Positions 1 to 12,330 are shown, counted from the first letter of the stretch. The stretch is 64,000 nt of DNA from Lama glama (GCA_028534125.1 CM052818.1:25236001-25300000), one strand, 5' to 3'. The notes: generated by a model not told the origin, from the letters alone. A program made the numbers and translations.

Positions 1-624
1 TTTGAAGAAATGTCTTAATAATATTCATTTAAAGTTTTGCTGCTTACTCTTTGAAAAATCATTAAAAGTCCTTCATTGCAATTTATAATCTTATGCAAGT
101 TCACATTTATAATTTACTTTAAAAGAGCACCCTATTTCATATCTTTAAAAAAATTATTATTACTGCATGAAATAGTAGAAATATGTGAATATGTATATAT
201 ACATAATTTTTAACAATCTCATATACAAAGTCAAACCAAGATTTTTGTTGCTTGTTCTCTTCTGTAATCATTTTTGTTTCATTATCGCTTGAGAATAAAT
301 ACCTCATTTGAGCTTTTTTCTTTCTAAAAATTGATTTTTTACAAATGTTAATTACAGTAGCAATAACCATAAATGAACCTTGCATATATTATTCAAACAA
401 ATTCCCAGAAAAATATCGAACTTAAATAATAAATTATATAAATCAGGACTATGAACTTCAGTCTATTTTATTATTGAAAATGTCACCATGCCTTCTTTTT
501 AAGAACATATAGCAATACAGATTTATTTGAAGTCTGTGTTTCTCTTTTTAAAAGCAATGAATATTAGTGTATCGTGATTTGTGATATACCGCTATTTGCT
601 AAATATTTTGTTTTGTACTATTAG

Positions 625-683
625 GATCTACAACTAGAATATGGACAAGGACACCAAAGTAGTTACTTTTTAGGAGCAAACAA
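625..683 (+). CDS. MAP4K3: MAP4K3 coding exon (DLQLEYGQGHQSSYFLGAN-K); first in window, gene starts upstream
   Basis: ttag|GAT...AA|gtaagt; 59 nt; translation matches recalled MAP4K3 linker. Confidence 0.95.
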
Positions 684-1510
684 GTAAGTAAAATTCTTTT
701 AAAATTAAATTTAAACTCAAGAATAATTAAATTGACTTAAAATATATTATATATTAATCATATTTTAAATATTTATAGTAGTAAATTATATTAGTCTGTT
801 AGATATATTTATAATATGTTTTTTATTGAGATATAGTCTGTAGTATGTTTTTAACTTTTTTTCACTACTACCTTACTAATCATCTCATTAATTGTCATAA
901 TGGGGACAGTCACCTTAAATTTTTATATCAAGCTACTTTATGGACCTTACTTGTTAGAGAAAACTAAGTACATTCCAACTAAAGATGAGTTTATGTTTCA
1001 GCAACTTTCTTTTATTTGCAAAGCTGATCAGTTTATTCCTTACAGAACTTGCTTTGGTACGTCTCTCAGATGTGTTGGCCTCTGTAAACAGCTGGAAATG
1101 TTCACACTGTTTAGAAATCTTTATCTTTTTAGTTCTTAAGAGTCTTTTAAAAAGTAGGTAACAGCTAATTATCACTTATTTCATGCAAGAAATAAACCCA
1201 ACAGTTATTCAAGGTCTGCTCTACACCAGGCAGTGTCTGGGTGGTACAGCACAGGGGTGAAAAGGCAGCTTATAAGGCATAACAATTTAAATTATTCATA
1301 GGCCTGAATTAGGAAGATACGGAGACAGGACTCCACTATTCCCCATGCAGTCTCATTTCCTGAGTTCATGGACAAATTATCATAATAAAACCTAATTTAT
1401 AAGGAAATACTTAAATTGCCAAAATCTCCTAGCAATCTAGTTATTATTTTAATAATCAGAACTCCCTAAAATTTTAAAATACAATTTCAGTTACATTAGT
1501 GAGTTGAGAC

Positions 1511-1529
1511 ATATATATATATATATATA
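1511..1529. repeat. (AT)n microsatellite
   Basis: atatatatatatatatata. Confidence 0.9.
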
Positions 1530-3889
1530 CCCATATTTAAGTTAAGCACTTGAGAAATGGTAAATAAAGACAAGCAGCTCAGATTTAGAGATAATAATGC
1601 AAAAATCATGTCTCTCCTTTTTTATAAACTAAATACTGTTTAATTTAAATACACTTAAAACTTAGAGAAGGCTTTGAATGACAGAAATGCATTAATTTTG
1701 ATTTAAGCTGAACTTTAGTTAAACACTATGAAGTGTTTTATTTTTATTACCCTTGCTTATGTTTCCTAAAATGGAAAGTAAGTCTAAAATTTCCTTGGTA
1801 GAAAAATGAAATATTATCTAAATAGTAACTACTTGCTATTTATAGTTTGTCCTAATTTGTTTATGGACAACAAAGGAAAATTTATCTTATAATGAGTTAG
1901 CAAATAAAAAATTCTGAAGTGTTTTTTTATGTTATTCTGTCTGAATTTGAGGTCATTGGCTTTATGGACCTTGTTAGCAATTTTTGGAGACTGGATAATT
2001 TAGAAAAATATTTTGTTTGCCTTTTTTGGTTTATCTTAAATATATTTATGTATTCTTGCAAAAATACCCCCCAAATGGCCTATCACTAAATGCTTTTCCA
2101 GATTCCTTTGTTCCCATTGTCTGAATTTTTATTGTTAGACATTTTCATAATATATAGTTACTTTGGCTAGGTAAAATGTTAATAATTTGCCCAACCTTCA
2201 TTTTTTGATTAATTGGATCCCTGCTTAAGGAACTGTATTCTATATAATGAATCACTGGCAAGGTAGGTTGGCCAAAAGTTTGACCTTTGGCTGTGTTTCA
2301 TGTACAGGTATATACATACATGTGACATGAGCATGGATGTAGCACTTCTCTTACTGTACTGATATACGTCTGCTTTATTCTTGTGATTAGGCAGTGTTTT
2401 AAAACTCACAGGATTTCCTGCTTTCTCCATAGGTGATCAGGCAGACAAATTTCCATTTATGGGTTTCTACCTATTCCAGACCATTCAAGAACTATCTAAA
2501 ATAGTTTTTTTTTAAATAGAATGCATATGTATTTTGACTTACTAGGCTATTTTCTTTACTTTTGAATTGTTATAATTGGGATCAACTTTTCAGACCATTT
2601 AAAGTTGACAAAATATTATTTTTAAAAGAAAACTAAATTGTTTCTGATTTTGTTTTTAATGTAGAGCAGAAGTTCTAAAAATAATTTTCTAAAGACTTAG
2701 TGAAAAGAAATTCCTAGCATAATTAAATGTGGTGGTAGGTAAATGCCAGATCCAGAGTCAGAACTGTCTCTTCCTATAAGCTATGCAACTTTGAGAAATT
2801 TACCTCAATTATCTCTAATAAATGGGGATTATAATAGTACCTGCCTCATAAGATGCCAAGGGTGAAATGGAATAACCATTGTAAACCATTTTGCACATTT
2901 AGGGTTTAGTGAATGTTTATTACTTGCCCTCATTTGTAGTATTTACTCAATAAATAAACATTGATCATAAGAACAAGTGAGTATGAGTGAATAAAACTGC
3001 TTTTTGGTTTTAAAGAAATAGGGAAGTTTTTTATTTTGTTTTTTCAAATATAATCAGGCAGTACTTACAGGTTGTAAAAGGCTGATTATAAAAAAACTAA
3101 GTCAGGTAATTTGGAAAGATTTTAGTAACCAGCAGCACAGATTTTTTAGTTAATTCAAATATGCTAGATATTTTGTAGGTGGTTTTTTACTTCTCTCCCT
3201 ATTATTTTCTTCACTTTATCAGTTGAATCTATGATCTTCATTTGCACATTGTTCCATTTTTAACCTTTTCATCCAAATTTCCTAATCATTTTAGATTGAC
3301 TTAGTAATTCAGTATCTGAGGGCATCATTTTTGCTTTGCTCATTACTTTCTCAAAATTTCATAATAGAAGAATCCAAGTGTACTAGTGAATAGTGATATT
3401 GTTTATTGTATAGCATTCAGTCTTGATGGTTAAATTAGTATCGTATTTTTCGCCATTGCTCTTAAGATACAGTATTTAGTATAAATGGACCTTTAAGCAA
3501 ATTTAGCTGTGTTTCATTTTCTCTTTTATAAAGGCTGAAAAGCAAATCATATTTCCTGCCTTTCATTAAGACTTCATGAATTCTGTAACTTTATAAGTAA
3601 ATATCTTAACACATAGTAGGAAATTTAGAAGTAAATGAATTAAAAAAAGATTTTTAAAAAGTGGAATGCCATATAAGTCCAATTAAATACAGTAAACTGA
3701 AAATAAACTACATTTTAAATTCCCCTTTTAATTATTTTCAAATCCTGATATTCTCTACTGGAAAAAGAAATGGCTCAAAAAATATCATCATATGCTTTAA
3801 AAAAAGGTTTTTTCCACATCTAAGATGATATGAAAGCCCACTGTACAGTTCAGAGATACTATGTTTAACTTGATAAAAATAGTTTAAAG

Positions 3890-4569
3890 CAGTGCTTCTT
3901 AAATTTTTAGTCTCAGGATCCCTTTTCATTTTTAAGAATTATTGAGAACTCCAGTGAGCTTTTGTTTATATGGGTTATAAATATTAATATTTTTAGTATT
4001 AGAAATTTAAGTGGAAAACTTTTCAAAATATTTATTGATTTATTTAAAATAGAAGTATACTCATTACATGTCATCATAAGTATCTTGTATTTAGTAAGAA
4101 ATTCCTCATTATTAAGGACCAATTCAAATGCCATCCTTAATGGCACCTTCCATGTAACACCACTTAGTTCTTCTCATGAGACTTAGAAGCAGCGAATAAT
4201 TGCAATAAGAGGCTTTGTAAGTGTCAACATAGTACAGCAAACTTTTTGTTGAGGCCCACTAATAACATTTTTTTATGAAGAACAGCTATTTTTTTTTCTG
4301 AAAAAAAGTTAGCAAGAAAAGTGGCATCATTTTATATTTTTTGCAAATTTCCTTAATATTTAGCTTAGTAGAAAACAGCTGGATTCTCCTGTCTGCTGCT
4401 AATCTGTTGCGATACCATGTATCTTAGTAGTCTCCAGAAAACTCCCAAGTTTTCATTCTCAGTGAATGAATAGTGCTTTAGTATTATGAAAAGAGTTTTG
4501 ACCCTGCAGATCCCTTACAGGAGCCTAAGGGACCCCCAGGGTCCCTGAGCCGCACTTTGAGAATTGCTA
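3890..4569 (-). mobile_element. hAT-Charlie (Charlie1-like) DNA transposon deletion derivative
   Basis: TIR-like ends cagtgcttcttaaa / tttgagaattgcta; 8-bp TSD gtttaaag / gtttgaag. Confidence 0.75.
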
Positions 4570-5466
4570 GTTTGAAGAAGTGTTGCTTAGTTGATAGTAA
4601 TAAAGGAAATGCTAATTGAGTACCTAATACCTTCTAAGTTACTACTCAAAGCACTTGTCTGTATTATTTCGTTGTATCTTCAGATAGAGACTTTGACATG
4701 GGTACTGTTGTAATTCTCATTTTAAAGATAGGGATACTGAGCTTACAGTGACAGAGGCGGGATTCAGATTCCGGCTGTCTTTGCTTCACAACCTGTGGTC
4801 ATTTTGCTATACTGCCTCTGAAGACCTGCCTTCCTAGAGCTAGCCCTTGCGGAGCTTTGTGAATAGATAATGCATTTCACTGAAGTACCTCAATTTTTTA
4901 TCTGCAAAATAAGATTTGCAATTATTTTATGGTTCTTCTATGTCACTTACCACACCAGATTTGAAAGTTTGTCATTTTTTAATACTTAGATTGTTATTAA
5001 GCAAACCTAATTAACATATTTGATGGCTAAAATCTAGTCTATTAATTGTTCATACCAGCTAACCACACCTTTCAGTTTCTCTGGTTTTATGTTTTGATAA
5101 TTCTAAGGCAGTTTTTATCACTATATATTGGAGAGGAAAATGATTAAAAGGTAGTACCTTACAACTTCTGAGGAGAGTACATTTTCTGCTGATTCGCTTT
5201 TACCACAGTAATCTATCTAGTAACCATACTTCTCTGTATCTCATTAGCTTTAAGAAGGCTATTGAGTTTTTATGCTCAAAGAGTATAATAAAGGAGGTAT
5301 GCTGCATGAACTTGCAGTGAAAAGAAGTAAGGGAACTTCAGGAATGCCATGAGTTCTCTCTTACATTCCTGGATATCAAAGTTTTATAAATTGCTCCTAA
5401 TGATAAAATCCTCGCACCTGGTCTGATACAGGCTTAGTCTCCCAAAAGTGTAAATGTGTTTGCCAG

Positions 5467-5493
5467 TACACCCCTGGAGAACAGATACCTCAG
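5467..5493 (+). other. candidate 27-nt in-frame alternative microexon of MAP4K3
   Basis: tttgccag|TAC...CAG|gtaagt; stop-free in the required phase; TGCATGCATG downstream. Confidence 0.4.
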
Positions 5494-6054
5494 GTAAGTG
5501 AGTGTCTTCTGTGAAAGCAAAGTGCTACTACATTCATGTATTCACATCACATGCATGCATGCTTTTGCAGAGATCCAACATGTTGAGTTTCATTTTGTAG
5601 GATTGCCTGAGAGCATGATGTTTTTTAAAGTGTGTCACCTTCCTTATCTTAAGAAAAAGAAAATATAATTTCAGGTGTCAGGTAAAATTTTCCAGGTAAA
5701 ATTTGAATCCTGGAAACCCCTGACAATGACCCTGCAATTATTGTTTTGTCAGTCCTATTGTGACATTTCATGGTGGGTTGTCCTTTGTTTGAATTGGTAT
5801 TTTTCAGTAAACATTAGGATTTATTTTGTTCATTTAAAATACATGTATAAAGACATTAGCAACAGAATATAGAGATATCTCATTAATTGTAATTTGATGT
5901 TTTATGGTATAGAGGTGATCATTATAGCACATTTCTTGTAAATAGTAAAAAAGTAATTTAAAATTTTATAGGTAAGATTAAAGTGATGAAAAATGTATTT
6001 GGGTTTTTTTTGCTTGTTTATTCACATTATTTTTAATTTTTATTTTTCTCTAAG

Positions 6055-6093
6055 GAGTCTTCTGAAGTCTGTTGAAGAAGAATTACATCAGCG
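6055..6093 (+). CDS. MAP4K3: MAP4K3 exon (SLLKSVEEELHQ-R)
   Basis: taag|G...CG|gtaatt; 39 nt; phase 2 to 2. Confidence 0.95.
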
Positions 6094-6334
6094 GTAATTT
6101 TAACTTTAATTAAGCTTAAAATACTTCATGTCAGATGAGTAGAGTCTGTTTGCCCTCTTCTCGGTCATGTAGCCTAAGATTGTTTTGTTGTTATTTTAAT
6201 ATTGTGAATCCTGTAAAGATGTAGAAATAAAATTCTGTCCTGCAACAGCCTTCCTGCATTTTGTAAAATTTCTTCTTGAGCTGTTTTGGTAAAGTCCATT
6301 TAGTAACAAGGGCATTATCCTTCTTTATCTGTAG

Positions 6335-6388
6335 CGGGCATGTGGCACATTTAGAAGATGATGAAGGGGATGATGATGAGTCTAAACA
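6335..6388 (+). CDS. MAP4K3: MAP4K3 exon (GHVAHLEDDEGDDDESK-H)
   Basis: gtag|C...CA|gtaagt; 54 nt; in phase. Confidence 0.95.
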
Positions 6389-6535
6389 GTAAGTTCTGTT
6401 TCCATTTTTGGTAAAAGAAAAGATATTTGACCTGGTTTATTAGTAAATCTGACAGCTTAATACTGAAGTAATTTTAGTATCGTTACTAATATAACATCAT
6501 GGGTTGTACCACAGTTTTCTTTTCTCTATTCTGGT

Positions 6536-6868
6536 TATATTAATTGACTCAGGCATCCTTAACAAAATACCATAGACTGGTGGCTTAAACAACAGAATTT
6601 ATTTCTCACAGTTCTGGAGCTGGGAAGTTCATACCTTCTGGCTGTGCCCTCACATGGCGTTTTGTTAGTGTGCACACATATACAGACGCAGAGAGAGAGC
6701 ATGCAATCTCTTCTTATAAAGCCACCAATTCTGCTGGAGCAGCTCCCTACCCAAAGGACCTCATTTAACCTTAATTACCTCCTAGAAGCCCTACGTCCAA
6801 ATACAAACACATTAGGGGTTAGAGCTTCAACGCAGGAATTTTAAGTGGACACAATTCAGTCCATAGCA
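6536..6868 (-). mobile_element. MaLR LTR (MLT1A/B-like)
   Basis: Hallmarks aacaaaataccatagactggtggcttaaacaacagaatttatttctcacagttctgga and acacaattcagtccatagca. Confidence 0.8.
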
Positions 6869-7775
6869 CTAGCTGATAACAGAAAACTTTGAAAAATATT
6901 AACAAAGACAGTATAAACATACCTTGTAGTTTAATGTTATAAATTAGTCATTAGTAGCTGCTGTAATTATTACCTCAACCACAGTCTTACTATATGGTTG
7001 ATTAAATTTCATCTGATATGTTTCAAATAAACGTACTTTGCATATGAATGTATTTTTAAGGGGGCAGTATTTTCACTTATGTAAGTATTGATATTTAGTC
7101 CTTTTCTTTTTTTGAAGACAGATACATATTCATAGTAGAGTGACAAGAGCCCCTGACAAGCAGTTGGTTTTCCTTTTTACCTCTGTGACCTTGAATCAGG
7201 TCACTTAACCTCCCTGGGCCTCGATTTCTTCATCTGAGAGTTTATGCTTAATAATCTTTTAATGTTTAGTAGTTGTAAAACTGATCCTGGGTTGTAATGA
7301 ATCTTAACTTCAATCAGATAAATGCTGTCGATAATTTCATAGAGCATGTATATTGCTTTTGATGAGCTTCATCAGAGATATTCCATATCTAACAAGATTA
7401 AAAACGAAGCTTCCATTGTGATATATTTTTATATCATTTTGCTGTTTTTCCTTAAAGCAGTTGTTGCTTATGTTTTTATATGAATTACCTTTCAGTTGAT
7501 ATAAATTGGATATAAATTGTAGTTATATTTTCCAGTTTTAATTACTATATAATATTTGAAACCAAGAAGGCACATCTACTCAGTTACTTCTGAATAATAC
7601 TTCATCCAACATAACTTGAACATTTCACAAAATATTTTGTAAAACACTCATAACCTTAGAAAAAGAAACTTGTTTATGCAAATTTTTCTTCGACAGCTTT
7701 GAAAAATTGATCATTTTAGTAATGATTTGTTTGTAAAATGAGGAGTTCTGACTCTAAGCTTTTATGTCTTTACAG

Positions 7776-7818
7776 TTCAACCATGAAAGCAAAAGTTCCA
7801 CCTCCTTTGCCACCAAAG
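7776..7818 (+). CDS. MAP4K3: MAP4K3 exon (STMKAKVPPPLPPK), proline-rich SH3-ligand motif
   Basis: acag|T...AAG|gtaggc; 43 nt. Confidence 0.95.
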
Positions 7819-9244
7819 GTAGGCAGGCTTGTTTTCCAGTTTGAATCGCGTATGTGTGTGATTGTTCTGCCACTGTAATACTGTATTAGTACTTACGCTC
7901 TGGCCTGTTTTCACTTGGGATCCACAAAGAAAAATCATGAAGAAGTTACTAACCATGATACAAGTAAATGGTTGTGATTATTTTTGTTTGTCTTTTTTAA
8001 ATTATCCAACTTGTTATTTAGTGTTTATTCTAAATAATAAGTTCTAGAAATTTGTACGTGTAAATGATTAAATTAATGGATTGCCATTTCATTTGGGATA
8101 AAAACTCACATTTTTTAATTAAGTTTTTTCCTCAAAATCTACAATCTACTAGTAACTGATTTCTTGAGAATAGGTAAAGAATAGTGATTTATCATCACAG
8201 ATATTTAATTTCCAGAAGATCCTTTTAAATTAAAAATACAAAATAAAGGACAGTCATTTTCAAGATTTTTTTTTAGCAACAAAATCTTTTTGTCAAACAA
8301 AGAAGCATCATAAAATAATAAAATAATCCCAATTGATGGGATTTTTTAAGTAAAATTAGTTAATATAGGTATGATAATTTAAATTTATTTTCCAAGTTCA
8401 TTTGCATAGCAAATTTAAATTACAAAGTGAACTTTTATAAAATGAGCTATTCGAAGGTTTGAAATTTTGTAAATGAGAATTGGAGTCCAACCAATCTTGA
8501 TATCCATTGTATTACTTACTATATTTTGTTTTCATTTTATACTTTCTTAAATCATGATACCCAGAGGTACATAATACTTGTTTTTACTTTATTTAGTTTA
8601 ACACTAGCAGAAATATAGAGATCTGAATTTCAGAGAGATAAATTCTGAGCAGTCTTCCTAATAAAGAACACATTATAAGGTTTCATAAATTCTCCAAACC
8701 TTCAGCTGACTGGAGGTTTTCCCAATGTCTGCACAGAAAGTTTCTCAGGTGTCCTGCATTGCTGTGTTAGTATTCTCTCATTTGATAAAATCTTAATTAG
8801 CATCTTCTCCTACTCCCAGTCTGAAATTTTATGCATTAACATAAAAGACATTGAGTCATCTAAAAGAGACAGTTAAGATTAGCCTTGTAAAGAGGTGAAC
8901 TTTGATTAGCCTGAATGTTTAAAATAAAAAGAGGCTCATTTAAATTGGAGATCAGAAAGAGCAGAATATTTTTATTTAGCATATCAAGTGGATAGGCTTG
9001 TGAGGAATTAATAAAAAGACACCTTTTTTTCTGAGAAAACTTATTAGTGTACATTTTCAGGATATAAGGATTATCTGAATCAAATAGTTGAATAACCTTT
9101 GAAACTCGGCTGATAAACACAGTTTGAAAGCCTCTGATACATGATAATATTTACTTCAGGAAGAATATTTAATATTTTTAATGTTTAATGAAACATGAAT
9201 AATTTCGTGTTTAATCATTGGTCTCCTTTTCTGTATTATTTCAG

Positions 9245-9404
9245 CCTAAGTCCATATTCATACCACAGGAACCTCATTCTGCTGAGGATGATAGTCAAGG
9301 AACAATCAAGAGATGTCCCACATCAGAGAGCCCAGCAAAACCATCCCAAGTTCCACCGAGGCCACCACCTCCCAGGTTACCTCCACAGAAGCCTGCTGCT
9401 TTAG
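9245..9404 (+). CDS. MAP4K3: MAP4K3 exon (PKSIFIPQE...PPRPPPPRLPPQKPAAL-G), proline-rich
   Basis: tcag|CCT...G|gtaatg; 160 nt; overlaps ORF 9218..9430. Confidence 0.96.
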
Positions 9405-10106
9405 GTAATGGGAGAAGCAGGGGTGAATGAAGAATGTTACCAGGTTTTCATAACATGTGGAAAAATGGGGGGAAATCCTTCTTTTAAGAGATTATTTGAA
9501 ATTCCTTTGAGGAGGAGAGAAGAAAGAGGCAGTAGCTCTGGAGGTATTTTCTACTTTTGGGGTCATGGTTTGAAGTGTTTTTATGACAGGATTACCTATG
9601 CCCTAGTCTGGAATATTTTGCCCCTTGTTTCTCATTTCATATCTAGCCTTCCCTCTTTTGGAGAATTGTTTATGTCCAATTCATTGTTTATCTAAAGTGT
9701 TGCAATGAAAGAAACAAAACTGAATAAACAAGGAAAATGTATTTTGGTTCTCAGCTACTTCTGTTTTAGAAAAAAAAAGAGTACCTTGTCTAACTCCTTT
9801 ATTTTATTTCATTTAATCGTTTTTAGAAAAATGATTGTCAATATTTTCTAAGTATTTGCCTCCAAATTAATACTAGAAGGTGCTGTTATAATACTGTAAA
9901 GTTTCTTTTGTGCATTGCAAAAGAAGCAATTAAAAAAAGAGCAGCTAATATTTCTTGGATAACAGGCTATAAATTGCCCCTTTCCTGAAAATAGTTATGT
10001 ATTCAGTATTTTTTTCTCTTTAATACAAATATATGTACTTAGAACTTAGATACAACCTTAATTTTAATTTGCCTGTATGAAAGAAATAGAGATAAAAGTA
10101 GAAGAA

Positions 10107-10161
<55 letters not shown>

Positions 10162-10171
10162 GTATGTATAT
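10107..10171. repeat. compound (TG)/(TA)n microsatellite
   Basis: tgtgtgtatatgtgtatatata... run. Confidence 0.9.
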
Positions 10172-10325
10172 GACTTGTTACAGTACCGAATATTCTGATT
10201 GTGTGATCCCAGATGAAGACTGGAACTGTCTTAAAATATTTTTGTTTCCTACTTGATAATTTTCTGAATGAAATTTTTGTGAAAATTAATCCTTTTTTAA
10301 TATATTTAAACATATCTTACTGAAG

Positions 10326-10438
10326 GAAATGGGGTGAGCTCCTTCCAGTTAAATGGTGAACGAGATGGTTCATTATATCAACAACAGAATGAGCATAGAG
10401 GCACAAACCTTTCAAGGAAAGAAAAGAAAGATGTACCA
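10326..10438 (+). CDS. MAP4K3: MAP4K3 exon (NGVSSFQLNGERDG...RKEKKDVP)
   Basis: gaag|GA...CCA|gtaggt; 113 nt; weak acceptor but in phase. Confidence 0.94.
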
Positions 10439-12189
10439 GTAGGTATTTATATTTGTAAGCTCTTCTTGTATTTGTTTCTTTTTTCACAACTAAAATAGTT
10501 TTGTAATTACAATTAGTGGAACTATATCAGTTGCATATTTTACAATTAGTATATTTGTACTTTAGTATATTAATTATAATGATAATAGATTGTTTAAATC
10601 TTGAAAAAATTGACTTTGCTGTGGTAAACTTGAATGAAGGCTTTCTGCTGTTCAAATTATTTAGGCCAATTTATGATAGTGTATTATAAAATGTGACCTT
10701 CTGCATATAGGTAAACACTTAGTATTCTTGTGATTGTTGAGAAAATATTATTCTCGGTGATGAGAATTGATTCTTACAGATTCTTTTTATAGTCTTAAGA
10801 ACTTATGGGAAGAAGGACACAGAGAAATAAGGAAATTAGCTTCTACCTCAGGACAAATTTCTGTTTCACACTTTGTGATATTACTACTCTTACTCAAAGA
10901 AAATAGCTAACAAAGAGGAAAATTTGATTATTTTCTAGTAGATATAAGATACCACTTCAGGAGAGATGAAATTAGCCTTAGCAGCTGTTCCTGTTACAAA
11001 TGTTGGATAACTACTGCTATGACATAACTACTGCAACGTAAATAGAATTTTATCAAGAAGATTAAAAATTTTTAACATTTGTAAAGAATTTACTCCTGAT
11101 CATCAGAAGACGTTTGTCCATCATCACAGAACTTAAAACAACAAAAAAGTCCTTTGTTATTCCTATACATATTTATAGGACATTTAATATGTTTATGTGC
11201 ATATAGCTGCAGTTTTGTGCAGTAAGCATATTGCTACAAGCTTTTGTACTGTGTCTGTTCAACTGTTTTATAAGATTTCACTGTGGAAAATGACACTGTT
11301 TTTTATAATTCTGTTAAGTAAATTTGACTGGGGTTATCCATTGTAATCTGTGAAACTTAGGACATTTTTAATAAAAGTATGAAATGTCCTTCACGAATAG
11401 GTTTTATGAAGTCTGTCCAACAGAGTAGTGCCTTTTTGCTTTCATCAATGTAAGTTTTAGCAGCCCTGCTAATGTAGTAGCACAAAAATGCAGCTCTGTG
11501 ACTCTAACACAGTATAAGAACCCTGGAGAGATGAATACATTTTTTAAATTTATTCATTTTCAATTCATTTTTTCTATTACCTTATTTTATTAGGATAAGG
11601 AACTAGAAGTTAAATTAACAGTCTGTAATTCTGAAATAAATACATCACGACTGTATCAAAGGATAAACAGTATCTATGGTATATGGAAACATGATTATAG
11701 TTTGTACAGCTTCTTGAAATTATATACAGCCAATTCTGTCAGTACTTAAGTTAAAGATGACAGTTATAATAACATTTAGAGCTCCAGAATCAAAAAAACA
11801 TATTTTGCTAAAATAGATGATTTATGATAATTTAAGGACATCAATATAAAAATAAGTACAGATTATTTGCAAAATAGGAAAAAAATTATCAGAAATTGAT
11901 GGCAGATTAGTCTGTATATCCTCATAAACATTCTACAAGGTAAAATTTCAGTCTTAACTTTAGAATGTCTAAAGGTTACTCATATAAGTAATACTACCCA
12001 GAATATCTCATTTGTATCATGTATATGACATCAGTTAACAGTGGCTTTTAAATTTTTGTCTCATTTAAATAATTGATTTATAGTCGACTGAGAAATACAA
12101 TTATAACATCATTCTTAAAATGGTGTTATTAAGATAATCTCAAAAGAAATCTAGGTTTTTTCATAAATTTATGTTTAAAGTATAATCTC

Positions 12190-12330
12190 TTCCAAGGAGA
12201 GTCTTTCTCCAGAGACAAATCATGTACCCCAGGAAATGTAGCCACTTAGAAAAATATCTGGTACTCTTGAGAATATTGCAGATGAGCAAAAATGTGCTGT
12301 TTTTACTCTCCTTAAATTATCAGTATACTG
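12190..12330 (+). ncRNA. SNORA67 (U67)-like H/ACA snoRNA copy, functional status unknown
   Basis: TCCAAGG..TCTCCAGAGACA..CAGGAAATGTAGCCACTTAGAAAAATATCTGG resembles the recalled 5' half of U67; ANANNA hinge; second hairpin CTGGTA/TATCAG; ATA in the ACA position. Confidence 0.6.

Noticed and set aside
2270..2330. Two small adjacent hairpins as a possible snoRNA or miRNA
   Set aside because: Stems are short, with no convincing H/ACA or C/D box layout.
7783..7785. Met in STMKAK (Leu in human) as a novel internal start
   Set aside because: As I recall, mouse also has Met here, so it is probably ancestral; no sign of an internal promoter.
8696..8719. 10-bp hairpin AAACCTTCAG-ctga-CTGGAGGTTT
   Set aside because: Short and isolated with one G-T pair; expected by chance in 64 kb.
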